This document shows positions 18,176 through 27,336 of a stretch of DNA of 64,000 nt, piece by piece. Origin of the DNA: Tepidisphaera sp. (GTDB lineage Bacteria > Planctomycetota > Phycisphaerae > Phycisphaerales > UBA1924); assembly GCA_050916045.1 (NCBI GenBank), contig CP051526.1, forward strand, positions 384,001 through 448,000, read 5' to 3'. Position 1 is the first letter of the stretch. Each line of letters starts with the position of its first letter. Under the pieces are notes generated by a model. That model had not been told where the DNA came from. It did no database searches and saw only the letters and a list, made by a program, of their open reading frames with translations. Made by a program: the position numbers and the translations under genes.

Positions 18176-19414
18176 TCAGCAGCCGGCTTCGAAGATCGAA
18201 ACGAATGCGTCGTAGTCGAAGAAGTCGACGAAGTCATCACCGTTGAAGTCCGCCGTGCGTCCCGGGGGACACTCGCCGCCTTCGAAGCACCCGACGTACG
18301 CGTCGTAGTCGAAGAAATCGACGAAGTCGTCACCGTTGAAGTCCGCGGGGCAAGGCTCACCGCCGATGGTCGCGACCCAGCCCTCATCCTCGTTGTTCGG
18401 GTTGATGCCGATGCCGCAGATCGTGAGGCCGTCGGCGGAAATGCCGGTGGCGAGCGACAAGGACCACCCCACGTGCGTCGTGACGCCGGCGTCGTCGAGG
18501 ATCTGGCGGAGCGTGCGCACCTCAGAGTTGCGCCAGACCACCGCTTCGACCCCATCTTCGCCCGAGGCGAAGCCGACGATCACGGTGCCGGCTTCGTTGC
18601 ACGCGGTGGCGCTCGCAAAGTTGAACCCGCCGGCGAGTTCGGGCAGTTCGTTCGCGACGCCGTTGATCCAAGCCAAGGCGACCGATCGGCCGGGGACGTT
18701 CGCCGAACCGACGATCACCGAGCCGTCCCCGTTCACGCCGCGTGCTTCGCTGAACTCCATGTCGGCGAGCTCTTCAAGCGGCGAGAGCACGTCGTCCCGC
18801 AGGACGAAGGCCCGATAGAGAAGCTCACCGTCGGACCCGCCGACGATCGTCGAGTCGTCGGCCGAGATGCCCAGCGCGACGGACGTGGCGGGCTGCGGGG
18901 AAAGCCAGCCCAGGCCGGAGATCTCCGGACCGATCCAGAGCGCGGCTTCTCTTGCGCCTTCGGCGGCGTCACGGACGCCGACCACGAGGCTGCCGCTCCG
19001 GGAGACGGCGTAAGCGGTGCTCCCCAGTCCGCCCGCAAGTCCGCCGCCGAGCGCACGGAACCGGTTGGGACCCGAGAGGTTGTACTTGAAGGCCTCCTGG
19101 CCGTTTGGTCCGGAAGCCGAACCGACAATCACACCGCGATCGGTCACCGCGTTCGCGGACTCAAGGGAGTACACGCCGGCGGGGTCGCTCAGGGCGGTCA
19201 GGGTGCCGTTTCGGCGCACGAAAGCCCGCTCAAGGTTGCCCGCGATCGTTCCGCGGCCGACCACGATGGTCCCGTCGGGCGAGATGCCCTGGGCGTACGA
19301 AGCCCGGGCTCCGCCGGCGAGGTCGCCGATGCCTGTAAAGCTCGGCTGAGCGAGGGCGGAAGCGGCGAGGGTGAGGGTCAAACCGGCGACGAGGGCATCA
19401 CGCGAACGTTCCAA
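18176..19414 (-). CDS. Secreted HAF-type repeat protein with Gly-Cys dockerin tail
   Basis: Repeated S-A-x-G/A-I/V-S-x-DG-x-x-IVG...AF units; TTG start after GGAGG; tail ...FVSIFEAGC. Confidence 0.85.
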   Translation of the reverse strand: MERSRDALVAGLTLTLAASALAQPSFTGIGDLAGGARASYAQGISPDGTIVVGRGTIAGNLERAFVRRNGTLTALSDPAGVYSLESANAVTDRGVIVGSASGPNGQEAFKYNLSGPNRFRALGGGLAGGLGSTAYAVSRSGSLVVGVRDAAEGAREAALWIGPEISGLGWLSPQPATSVALGISADDSTIVGGSDGELLYRAFVLRDDVLSPLEELADMEFSEARGVNGDGSVIVGSANVPGRSVALAWINGVANELPELAGGFNFASATACNEAGTVIVGFASGEDGVEAVVWRNSEVRTLRQILDDAGVTTHVGWSLSLATGISADGLTICGIGINPNNEDEGWVATIGGEPCPADFNGDDFVDFFDYDAYVGCFEGGECPPGRTADFNGDDFVDFFDYDAFVSIFEAGC

Positions 19415-19666
19415 GCGAAACCTCCAATGCAGGTGAACGAACCAACTCGAGATGTCGTGGAGATCCAGATCCTAACGCGAGATCACGGAAAATCGACAAA
19501 AAGTGGACGGATTCGCCCGTCGTTCGGTGGGCGGGCGCGTGGGAGGCGCCCGCTGGTCCCCCGCGTTCTCGGTACCGACACCCGTGCGAAGATGGGGGGT
19601 TGCGTGAAGATGGGGGGGACAACCGTCGATGACTCGGCGGGCCAACGCCGGCCCGCGGAGTATGCC

Positions 19667-20251
19667 ATGTCCGAGAATACCGGCAGCGACAAACGCATCT
19701 TCACCACGGGCGAAGCGGCCCGGATCTGCAAGGTGTCTCAGCAGACGATTATCCGATGCTTCGACAACGGGCGGCTGACGGGGTTCAAGGTTCCCGGGTC
19801 CAAGTTCCGACGCATCCCGCGGGATGAGTTGGTGCGGTTCATGCGCGAGAACGGGATGCCGCTGTCCGAGCTTGGCGAGCGGCCGCGGGTGCTTGTGGTG
19901 GATGACGATCCGGCGCTGCTCGGGGCGGCGCGGTCCGGTCTTGAGCGGGACGGCCTTTACGAGGTGGCGAGTGCGTCCAACGGGTTTGATGCGGGGCTTT
20001 TGGCCGCGACGTTCCGGCCGGACGTGCTGGTGCTCGAGTACATGCTGGCGGATGTGGACGGAGCGGCGGTGTGCCGGCGTCTTCGTGCGGAGCATGCTTC
20101 GAGCGACATCAAGATTCTGTGCGTGAGCGCGAACGCGGACGGGAGGATCGTGGAGGAGCTTCGTCGCGCGGGGGCGGACGGGTTCATGCACAAGCCGTTC
20201 TCGCCGGGGGCTCTGGCGGACCGTATCGCGTCGATGTTGCGCGACCGGTAG
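19667..20251 (+). CDS. Excisionase-type HTH + receiver response regulator (Glu at the phospho-acceptor position)
   Basis: FTTGEAARICKVSQQTIIRCFDNG...GSKFRRIP then VLVVDDD...DVLVLEYML...CVSA...HKPF. Confidence 0.88.
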   Translation: MSENTGSDKRIFTTGEAARICKVSQQTIIRCFDNGRLTGFKVPGSKFRRIPRDELVRFMRENGMPLSELGERPRVLVVDDDPALLGAARSGLERDGLYEVASASNGFDAGLLAATFRPDVLVLEYMLADVDGAAVCRRLRAEHASSDIKILCVSANADGRIVEELRRAGADGFMHKPFSPGALADRIASMLRDR

Positions 20252-20464
20252 CTCCGGTGGGGGCGGGGGGCGGGACGCGTCCGTCCGCGAGGTCCGTCTG
20301 GGGGGTTTGGGCGGGCGGAGCGGGGTGGTGGGTCTGGGGGAAGCGTGCGGGGTCGAGCGGGCTTGCTTTGTGGGCCGTGCGTGCCGGGCGTGAAGTGTGA
20401 ACCGACGAGGGTCGATCCACTGGGCAGCCCGGAAGGACTCGGGCAGTAGCGCGAGGACGGACCC

Positions 20465-21628
20465 GTGAAGAGCCGACGCAACCAAAGCCAGTCTCCCTCC
20501 AAGATCAAGCCTCCCGCCGGGCCCGAGGTGGTCACCGCGGTGGTGCTTGTGTCGAGCGTGACGCGCCGCCGCGCGATCCTCAGTTCGCTCAAGGAGCGGG
20601 GGATCGCGTGCTTGGCGGCGGATGGGATCGGGCATGCGTCCGAGCTCATGGCCAACGCCGAGTTCGATGTGGTCGTGATGGATGGTGCTCGCGGGGGTCG
20701 AGGGGGCAGCAAGGGCGGGGCGTTCAGCGCCGTCCGCAAGATCTCAACAGCGCACCCTGGCACGGGCGTCGTGGTCGTTCTTGAGCAGCCGGGGTTCGAA
20801 GACGCGATCGCGGTGATGCAAGCCGGCGCGACAGACCTGGTGGATGCCGAAAGCGACGCCGAGGAGATTTCGCGGCGGGTGCTTGCGGCGGCGGGACGCT
20901 GCGGGACGGCGCGGGAGCGGTGGGCGCACCGGGAGCAGCGGGCGGAGCGGTTGCGCCGGCTTTGTCGGGGCCTGAACCACTCCCGGCACGAGCTTTCGCG
21001 GCAGGTTTCGTCGCTTTGCGAGAACCTGGCGGGGGCGTACAAGGAGCTTTCAGAACAGATGACGATGATCACGCTTGCGACGGAGTTCAACAGCATCATC
21101 CGGCAGGAGCTTGATCTTGAGAGCTTGCTTCGGGTGGGTGTGGAGTTCATGTTGGGGAAGACGGGGCCGACGAACGCGGCGGTTTTCCTTCCGGCGGCGA
21201 GCGGGGATTACTCGCTGGGCGCGTACGTGAACTACGACTGCCCGAAGGACTCGGCGGAAGTGCTGATGGACCAGCTTGCGTCGAGCATCGCGCCGCGGCT
21301 TGATCATCACGCCGGGGTGGTGCTGATGAACACGGCGGATGAGCTTCGCGAGCATCTCGGGGACGGAGCGGAGTGGGTGGATGGGATGAGCGTGCTGGCG
21401 TCGGCGTGTCGACATCAGGGCGAATGTCTGGGCGTGATCACGCTTTTCCGTCCGCGGTCGCAGCCGTTCACTGCGGAGGTGGCTTCGTGCTTCGGTGTGC
21501 TGACGGGCTTGTTCGCGCAGCAGCTCTCTCGGGTGATCCATGTGCACCACCGGCATCTGCCCAAGCACAAGTGGGGGTATCCGGGGGATTCGCCGGACGG
21601 CGCGGACGACATTGACCTGGCCGCCTAA
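20465..21628 (+). CDS. Degenerate receiver + coiled coil + GAF-like signalling protein
   Basis: FDVVVMD, AIAVMQAGATD, helical linker, GAF-like C-terminus (ECLGVITLFR...PF); start approximate. Confidence 0.72.
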   Translation: MKSRRNQSQSPSKIKPPAGPEVVTAVVLVSSVTRRRAILSSLKERGIACLAADGIGHASELMANAEFDVVVMDGARGGRGGSKGGAFSAVRKISTAHPGTGVVVVLEQPGFEDAIAVMQAGATDLVDAESDAEEISRRVLAAAGRCGTARERWAHREQRAERLRRLCRGLNHSRHELSRQVSSLCENLAGAYKELSEQMTMITLATEFNSIIRQELDLESLLRVGVEFMLGKTGPTNAAVFLPAASGDYSLGAYVNYDCPKDSAEVLMDQLASSIAPRLDHHAGVVLMNTADELREHLGDGAEWVDGMSVLASACRHQGECLGVITLFRPRSQPFTAEVASCFGVLTGLFAQQLSRVIHVHHRHLPKHKWGYPGDSPDGADDIDLAA

Positions 21629-21685
21629 TCGCGAGCGCGTCGGGCAAGCAGGCCAAATCAAGCAAGCTGCATAAAGCAACCCAGA

Positions 21686-22462
21686 TCAGTTGGAGGGTGG
21701 CGTCGCCGGGCGGGGGCTGAGCGTGTAGGCGGTCTGCGGTTCGGGCGAGAATGCCGCGAACCGGACTGAGCCATCGAGCGAGACGAGGTTGCCCGAGCGC
21801 GGATCGCCGTGCCAAGACGCGTCGAGGCCGGCTTCGGCGTTGCCGACGGGCCGCGTCGCGTAGTACCAAACCGCGTCGCCGGCGATGAGCAGGCGGGCGG
21901 GGCTCACCGTGATGTCGTGCTCGGCGAGGGGCCGGGCCATGCTGTCGATGCCTGCCTGGGTCGAGTCCATGAGCAGCGCGTTGGCCCGGTAGCTGTTGCC
22001 GTAGAACTCGTAGCAGGTACGGTCGCCGATGACGCTTGGGCCGGGCGTGCGCGGGTTGGCACCCGCACGCCAGAGGCCGCGGTCGCCGGGGCAGTGGAAG
22101 CTGGCGAGATGTTCGCCGGAGGTTGAGGGGAGGCGTTCGGAGTAGAAGGCGTTGAGCGGTCGCCGGGCCGAAAGCAGCGCGAGCCGATCCGGACCGGTGA
22201 AGTCCACTCCGCCGTAGTGCCACTCCGGGCTGGCTTCCGTCCGCGGGAAGCGGCGGTTGTCCTGGATGTAGGACTGGAAAGCCGTTCCGAGCTGGCGAAG
22301 GTGGCTGGAGCAGACCGTGGTCTGGCTCGCTTGCCGCGCGTGGAGCAAAGCGGGGAGCAAAACGCTGATCAGGACGCCGATGATGGCGACCGCGATCATC
22401 ACCTCGATGAGATTGAACGCTCGACGATTCACGGGGCCCGGATGCCTCCTTGCCTTCATCAT
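21686..22462 (-). CDS. Prepilin-type N-terminal cleavage/methylation protein (DUF1559 / H-X-DG type)
   Basis: RRAFNLIEVMIAVAIIGVLISVLLPAL...CSSHLRQLG...CPGD...WH...NLVSLDGSV. Confidence 0.85.
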   Translation of the reverse strand: MMKARRHPGPVNRRAFNLIEVMIAVAIIGVLISVLLPALLHARQASQTTVCSSHLRQLGTAFQSYIQDNRRFPRTEASPEWHYGGVDFTGPDRLALLSARRPLNAFYSERLPSTSGEHLASFHCPGDRGLWRAGANPRTPGPSVIGDRTCYEFYGNSYRANALLMDSTQAGIDSMARPLAEHDITVSPARLLIAGDAVWYYATRPVGNAEAGLDASWHGDPRSGNLVSLDGSVRFAAFSPEPQTAYTLSPRPATPPSN

Positions 22463-22538
22463 ACACGAAACCCGGGAGAAGTCACAACGAACGGATACCG
22501 AATGCTCGCCGGTGCGGCGGGGGTGTCAGCGTGGGGCG

Positions 22539-23870
22539 TCAGCTGGACACGCGTTGCCGGACGTGGTCGAGGACGTTCATGAAGTTGATGTAGCCGTCGT
22601 AGGGGGAGTCGTAGTGGGAGAAGTACTTGTGGACGTCGCCGTCGGACCAGTACTTGGTGCACATGTAGTAGAAATGGTCGGAGGTGGTGAGTTTGCGCCA
22701 GTCGGCGAGCAGGTATCGGGCCTGCTGGACGGGGTCGGCGTCGGGGAGCTTGGCCGGGGCTTCGTGGCCATGCTTGAGCTTGTAGTCGGCGAGGGCTTTG
22801 GCGAGCTTGTCCTTGATGGGTTTCTCGAGGCGGTAGGTTTCGGCGAGGGCGTTGTCCTGCATGGCGTTGCCGCGCCAAGCGGAGAGGTCGCGTTCCATGT
22901 CGGCCCAGGAGATGAAGTCGTGGACGTCGTACTCGCCGACGGGTTCGAACTGCTTGAGGGCTTCGGAGGGGGTGATGAAGTGGTTCTGGCCTGGGGCGAT
23001 GTCGAAGACGGCTTCGGGGAGCTTTTCGAGGAACTTGAAGATTCCTGTGTCCTCCCACTGGTGCTCGCCGAAGGTTTCGTAGTCCATGAAGAGGTTGCAG
23101 AGGAAGCCGTCGCCGTTGATCTGCTGGACCCACTGCGCGAACTTTTCCGCGGAGAGGGGCCACTCGGCCCAGCCGCGGTTGGAGAACCGGAAGGCGATGT
23201 CGTCGGAGAGGCGGTAGTTCTTCAGCAGCAGCTTGAAGACCTTGTTGTCGCGGCCGGTGAGATCACGGAAATCGCCGGTGTTGAACGCGTCCCACTTCGG
23301 CGGCTTGTAGACGTAGTTGGGGGTACGGAATCCCAGGTGCCTGTCGGTGCCTTCGCAGATGGCGCCGGAGAAGCGGGGGTTTCCGGAGGCGTCCTTGATC
23401 TGGCAGAGTTCGTGGGCGAGCTGGTTGGAGTAGATCAGCTCGGTGTTGCGGAAGACGACGGGGGTCTGGCCGAAGAGTCCCTCGATGCGGCGGGTGTGCA
23501 TCGCGACCTGCTCGCGGAACTCTTCGGGCGAGTAGAGGAACGAGAGGGAGTGGTAGTAGGTTTCGGCGATGAACTCGCAGCAGCCGGTTTTGCCGAGCTC
23601 TTTGAAGACATCGATGACCTCGGGGCAGAATGCTTCGAACTGGTCGAGGGCGACGCCTGTGATGGCGTAGGACACGCGGAAGTTGCCCTTGTGCCGCTTG
23701 ACGAGGTCGAGGATCAGCTTGGTCGCCGGGAGGTAGCACTTGGTGGCGACCTTTCGGGCGATCTCGCCGTTCTTCTTGTCGTCGAAGTAGAAGGGGTCGT
23801 TGTCAAAGACGGAGAACTTCCGCAAGCGGAACGGCTGGTGGACCTGGAAGTAGAAGACGACTGAGGCCAT
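22539..23870 (-). CDS. Glycoside hydrolase family 57 (alpha-amylase type)
   Basis: FQVHQPFRL, ETYYHSL, FRNTELIY, SDDIAFRFS, MDYETFGEHQW, TSDHFYYMCTK. Confidence 0.92.
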   Translation of the reverse strand: MASVVFYFQVHQPFRLRKFSVFDNDPFYFDDKKNGEIARKVATKCYLPATKLILDLVKRHKGNFRVSYAITGVALDQFEAFCPEVIDVFKELGKTGCCEFIAETYYHSLSFLYSPEEFREQVAMHTRRIEGLFGQTPVVFRNTELIYSNQLAHELCQIKDASGNPRFSGAICEGTDRHLGFRTPNYVYKPPKWDAFNTGDFRDLTGRDNKVFKLLLKNYRLSDDIAFRFSNRGWAEWPLSAEKFAQWVQQINGDGFLCNLFMDYETFGEHQWEDTGIFKFLEKLPEAVFDIAPGQNHFITPSEALKQFEPVGEYDVHDFISWADMERDLSAWRGNAMQDNALAETYRLEKPIKDKLAKALADYKLKHGHEAPAKLPDADPVQQARYLLADWRKLTTSDHFYYMCTKYWSDGDVHKYFSHYDSPYDGYINFMNVLDHVRQRVSS

Positions 23871-23945
23871 GGTGACTCCCGGAAGGGGTGCGGGGGAGTG
23901 TAACCGGTGCGGGCCTGCCGCACGGGGGGCCGGATGAAGCGCGTT

Positions 23946-25064
23946 TCACGTTTTGAGCGATGTGGCGGAGGCGATGGCAAGCGGGAGTAGAGCCAGCGCC
24001 GGCAGGAAGACCGAGAGGGCGGCCGGGAGCGCCGGGACGGGGTAGGAAGCCCCGAGGAACCCGCCGAGGAGGACGATCATCGCGAGGGGCGCCGCTTTGA
24101 TCGCGGCGATGAGCATCGGCGCCGGCTCGCGGCGCAGGAAGAGGGGCAGGACGATGACCAGGCCGAGGAGGTTGCAGAGCACGGTGCCGAAGCGGCCGAG
24201 GCGGATGCGTTCGATCTCGTCGGCGTGGACGCCTCCGGCTTCGGGGCCGCGGCGGAGCATCTCGGTCGCTTGGGAGAACGAGAGGGTGTTGCGGTATTCG
24301 GCGAACCGGCGGAGGCGGAGCGTCATCGGGTCAAGGTTGGTTTTGATGGCTTCGATCGGCTGCGGGAGCGTGCCGGTGTCGGCGAAGGGGCGTGCGAACC
24401 CGCGGACAAGGGTCCACGCGTCGCCGGACCACGTTGCACGGTCCGCGGAGATGACGCGGATACCGACGCCTTGGGCGTCGCGTTCGATGATGTAGACGCC
24501 GGTCAGGATGCCCCGGTCGGCGTCGAAGACGCTGGCGTGGAAGATGCGGCCCTGCGAGTCGGGCGTGAGATTGAGGCGGTCGGCGCCCATCGTGCGCTGA
24601 CCGGCTTCCTGGGGCGTCCGGGTGAGGAGCGGGGCGATGCGGGGCAGAACATACTCCTGCGCCGCGAGCTGGCCGAGGGAGAGGGTCGCGGCGCAGAAGA
24701 GGATGGGTCGGGCCGCACGGCGGAGGCTGATGCCGCCCGCGAGCATCGCGACAAGCTCGCGGTGGCGGACCATCTGCGTGAGCGTGAACCCCGCGCCGGC
24801 GATCATCACCAGGCCGAGCAGGTGCACGCCGAGCTGGATGAGCTGGGGCCACCAGAAGTCGAGCACGAGGCCGAGTGCGAAGATCATCGTGCGACCCCAG
24901 CCGGGCGGGCCCTGATCGGAGGTGAGCGCGGTGGTCGCGGCTTTGGTGTACTCGTCGAACTTCACGGAGACGTCGACGGCGACGATGAAGGTGAAGAGGA
25001 TGAAGAGCAGGAGGAGCGTGTTGCCGAGGAACTGCCGCGCGATGTAGCGGTCCAGGAGGTTCAT
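23946..25064 (-). CDS. LptF/LptG family LPS export permease (LptG-like)
   Basis: MNLLDRYIARQF, RHRELVAMLAGGISLRR, 3 TM + periplasmic domain + 3 TM; ATG overlaps the PAP2 stop. Confidence 0.85.
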   Translation of the reverse strand: MNLLDRYIARQFLGNTLLLLFILFTFIVAVDVSVKFDEYTKAATTALTSDQGPPGWGRTMIFALGLVLDFWWPQLIQLGVHLLGLVMIAGAGFTLTQMVRHRELVAMLAGGISLRRAARPILFCAATLSLGQLAAQEYVLPRIAPLLTRTPQEAGQRTMGADRLNLTPDSQGRIFHASVFDADRGILTGVYIIERDAQGVGIRVISADRATWSGDAWTLVRGFARPFADTGTLPQPIEAIKTNLDPMTLRLRRFAEYRNTLSFSQATEMLRRGPEAGGVHADEIERIRLGRFGTVLCNLLGLVIVLPLFLRREPAPMLIAAIKAAPLAMIVLLGGFLGASYPVPALPAALSVFLPALALLPLAIASATSLKT

Positions 25065-25690
25065 GGGCACCTCCGGTCGACGCTGAGGCGTCGGAAGAGG
25101 TACGCGGAGGCGGAGCCGAGCGCGGCGCCCGCGACGACATCCGAGAGGAAGTGGGCTCCTGAAAGCACGCGGCTTGCGGCGCAGCCTGCGGCGAGCAGCA
25201 CGAGGACAGGGGTCGCGCGGGGGAACGCGGCGGAAAGGGCGAACATGCCGCCGAACGCGACGGCGGCGTGGCTGCTCGGGATGCCGCGATTGCCGACGTC
25301 AAGCGGCGCGAAGAGCCCGTGCCAGATGTACTCGCCCGTGTCGGTCGGGCGGCCGCGGCCGATGACGAACTTGAGCCCTTCGGCGACGGCGCCCGCGAGC
25401 GCGGCGGAGAGGAGAGCCGCCAACCCCGGGAGATTGCGAGGGCGGGGCGAAAGGCTGGTGCGGCCGAAATCGATCGCCAGCGCGAGCGCGACCCAGAGCG
25501 GGAGGTATCCCACGGCGCGGAGAAACTGCCACCAATCGCGCCGCTCGACGTCTTTGCCGACGCTGAACGACTGCCAGGCCCAGTGATCCAGGACGTGGGC
25601 GAGGGCAATCGCGATGATCCAGAGGATCGCCAGGCGCGCCCAGCGGGGGCGGGCGGAACCGGCTTCGAGATCGCGCGTGGCGGAGTTCAT
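25061..25690 (-). CDS. PAP2-family membrane phosphatase
   Basis: KFVIGRGRP (C1), PSSH (C2), SRVLSGAHFLSD (C3). Confidence 0.88.
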   Translation of the reverse strand: MNSATRDLEAGSARPRWARLAILWIIAIALAHVLDHWAWQSFSVGKDVERRDWWQFLRAVGYLPLWVALALAIDFGRTSLSPRPRNLPGLAALLSAALAGAVAEGLKFVIGRGRPTDTGEYIWHGLFAPLDVGNRGIPSSHAAVAFGGMFALSAAFPRATPVLVLLAAGCAASRVLSGAHFLSDVVAGAALGSASAYLFRRLSVDRRCP

Positions 25691-27333
25691 CGGGCGGGGG
25701 GAGTGTATTCGAGCGCGGTGAAGGCTTCGCGGTTGCGTTTACGGTCGCCGTCGAGCTTGCCGTGCGGGGTGACGGATGTGAAGCCCCAGGACCAGTCCTG
25801 ATCGGCGTCGCCGAGAAGGACGGCGGAGCGGCCGGCGAGCGCGGGGTTGGAAAGGTCGGTGTGCGACCAGAGGTCGTATTGGCTCTTGCGGCCGCCCATG
25901 CGGCTTCCGGAGCAGTAGACGGTGGGGTGGCCGGGGAGGTAGAACGCGAGCTGGCTGGCGCGGCCGTAGAACTGCGAGATGACGAGGGGTTCGACGTTCG
26001 GGGCTTGCGTGCGAAGGTCGGTCTGAAGGCGGGCGACGTGGGCGGCCATCTGGTCGGCGCCCATGAGGCGGGAGATGGGGATCCGCGGGCCGATCGCGGG
26101 GAGTTTGGCGAGGAGGTCCATCCGGAGGATGCCCAAGCCGGCGATGAGGCCGAAGACGAGCGTGGCGTGCCAGGCGATCTGGGCGACGGATTCGGGCTCT
26201 TTGCGGAGGAATCCGGCTTTGGGCTTGGGAGCGGGGAGCGCGGCCCATGCGCGGCGGGCGGCGAGCACGCTTTCCATGCCATGGACGACGCTCCACGCGG
26301 CGAGGACGGTGAGCGTGGTGTATCCGGCGAAGGCCCAGTTTCCTTCGGGCTCGGTGACGAAGCTGACGCCGAGGTAAAGCAGAATGATGGGGGCGCCGCA
26401 GCACGCGAGAAAGAGGCGCGGAGCACCGGGGCCCAGGGCTCGCCATCCGGTGAGGGCGAGCACGAGCATCGGGCCGGCGAGAGCGATCTGGGTGCCGATG
26501 AACTCGAGGGTCCACGAGGGGTCGTAGTGATAGCCGGAAGCGGACTGCGTCGGCTTGACGTCGCCGCCGGAGAGCCCCAGGTGCCCGAGGAGGTGCCGGG
26601 CGGTGGGCCAGTCGCGCTGGGCGTTCCAGATGATGTTGGGGAGCAGGCCGAGCAGCGAGACCGCGGCGATGATGACGGCTTTGGTGCGGGGAGAACGCAG
26701 CGTCGGCGAGCCGGCGGGCTTGACGAGAATCGCGAAGGCGAGCAGGCCGGGAAGCAGGAGCACCATCGTGTGTTTAAACGTGAGGCCCGCGGCCGCGGCG
26801 AGGCCGGCACCGACGACCCATCCGAGCCCGTTCCGCGTGCACGCCCGCCACGCGAGCCAGGCCGTCAGCGACCAGCACGCCGCGTACGGCATGTCGATCG
26901 TCATGAGCAGGCTTGTGGATTGGAAGAGCGGGACGAGTTGGAAGACGGCGGCCGCGAAGAAACCCGCTCGCTTATCGGGAAGCGTGTCGCGTGCGAGCCC
27001 GGCGAGCGAGAGGGCCGCAAGGGCGCTGCAGAGCACGGCGGGGAGCCGCACCGCGAACTCGGTATTGCCGAAGAGCGAGGTCGAAGCGGCGATGAGCGCC
27101 GCGATCCCCGGTGGTTTGCTGTAGTACGACCAGTCCAGATGACGCGACCATTCCCAGTAGTGGGCTTCATCCTCGAGCAGCGTGTACGGGCAGAGCCACG
27201 CGAGGTAGGCGATGCGGGCGAGGGAAAACGCGAGGATGAGCAGAAGCACCGACCGCCACGAGGCCGCCCAAGGCGCGAAAAGCGTCGAGCCTGTGCTTGT
27301 GGCCGCTTGTGATGGAGGTGCGTCGGGTTTCAC
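25687..27333 (-). CDS. ArnT/PMT-like (GT39/GT83) membrane glycosyltransferase
   Basis: DEAHYWEWSRHLDWSYYSKPP, FAVRLP, TIDMP, FKHT; many TM helices. Confidence 0.87.
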   Translation of the reverse strand: MKPDAPPSQAATSTGSTLFAPWAASWRSVLLLILAFSLARIAYLAWLCPYTLLEDEAHYWEWSRHLDWSYYSKPPGIAALIAASTSLFGNTEFAVRLPAVLCSALAALSLAGLARDTLPDKRAGFFAAAVFQLVPLFQSTSLLMTIDMPYAACWSLTAWLAWRACTRNGLGWVVGAGLAAAAGLTFKHTMVLLLPGLLAFAILVKPAGSPTLRSPRTKAVIIAAVSLLGLLPNIIWNAQRDWPTARHLLGHLGLSGGDVKPTQSASGYHYDPSWTLEFIGTQIALAGPMLVLALTGWRALGPGAPRLFLACCGAPIILLYLGVSFVTEPEGNWAFAGYTTLTVLAAWSVVHGMESVLAARRAWAALPAPKPKAGFLRKEPESVAQIAWHATLVFGLIAGLGILRMDLLAKLPAIGPRIPISRLMGADQMAAHVARLQTDLRTQAPNVEPLVISQFYGRASQLAFYLPGHPTVYCSGSRMGGRKSQYDLWSHTDLSNPALAGRSAVLLGDADQDWSWGFTSVTPHGKLDGDRKRNREAFTALEYTPPAR

Positions 27334-27336
27334 GGT

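Noticed and set aside
17978..19666. 757-aa ORF as a large response regulator
   Set aside because: Only the last 194 aa (from ATG 19667) look real; the rest is antisense to the HAF-repeat gene. Similar false N-terminal extensions affect the ORF-track entries for hbd, fmt, 30895, 37938 and 41286
19667..19870. Excisionase-like HTH as a sign of a prophage or ICE
   Set aside because: It is fused to a receiver domain; no integrase or phage genes nearby
20252..20464. G-rich intergenic tract as a functional quadruplex or ncRNA
   Set aside because: G runs are expected at this GC content; no second copy or clear structure
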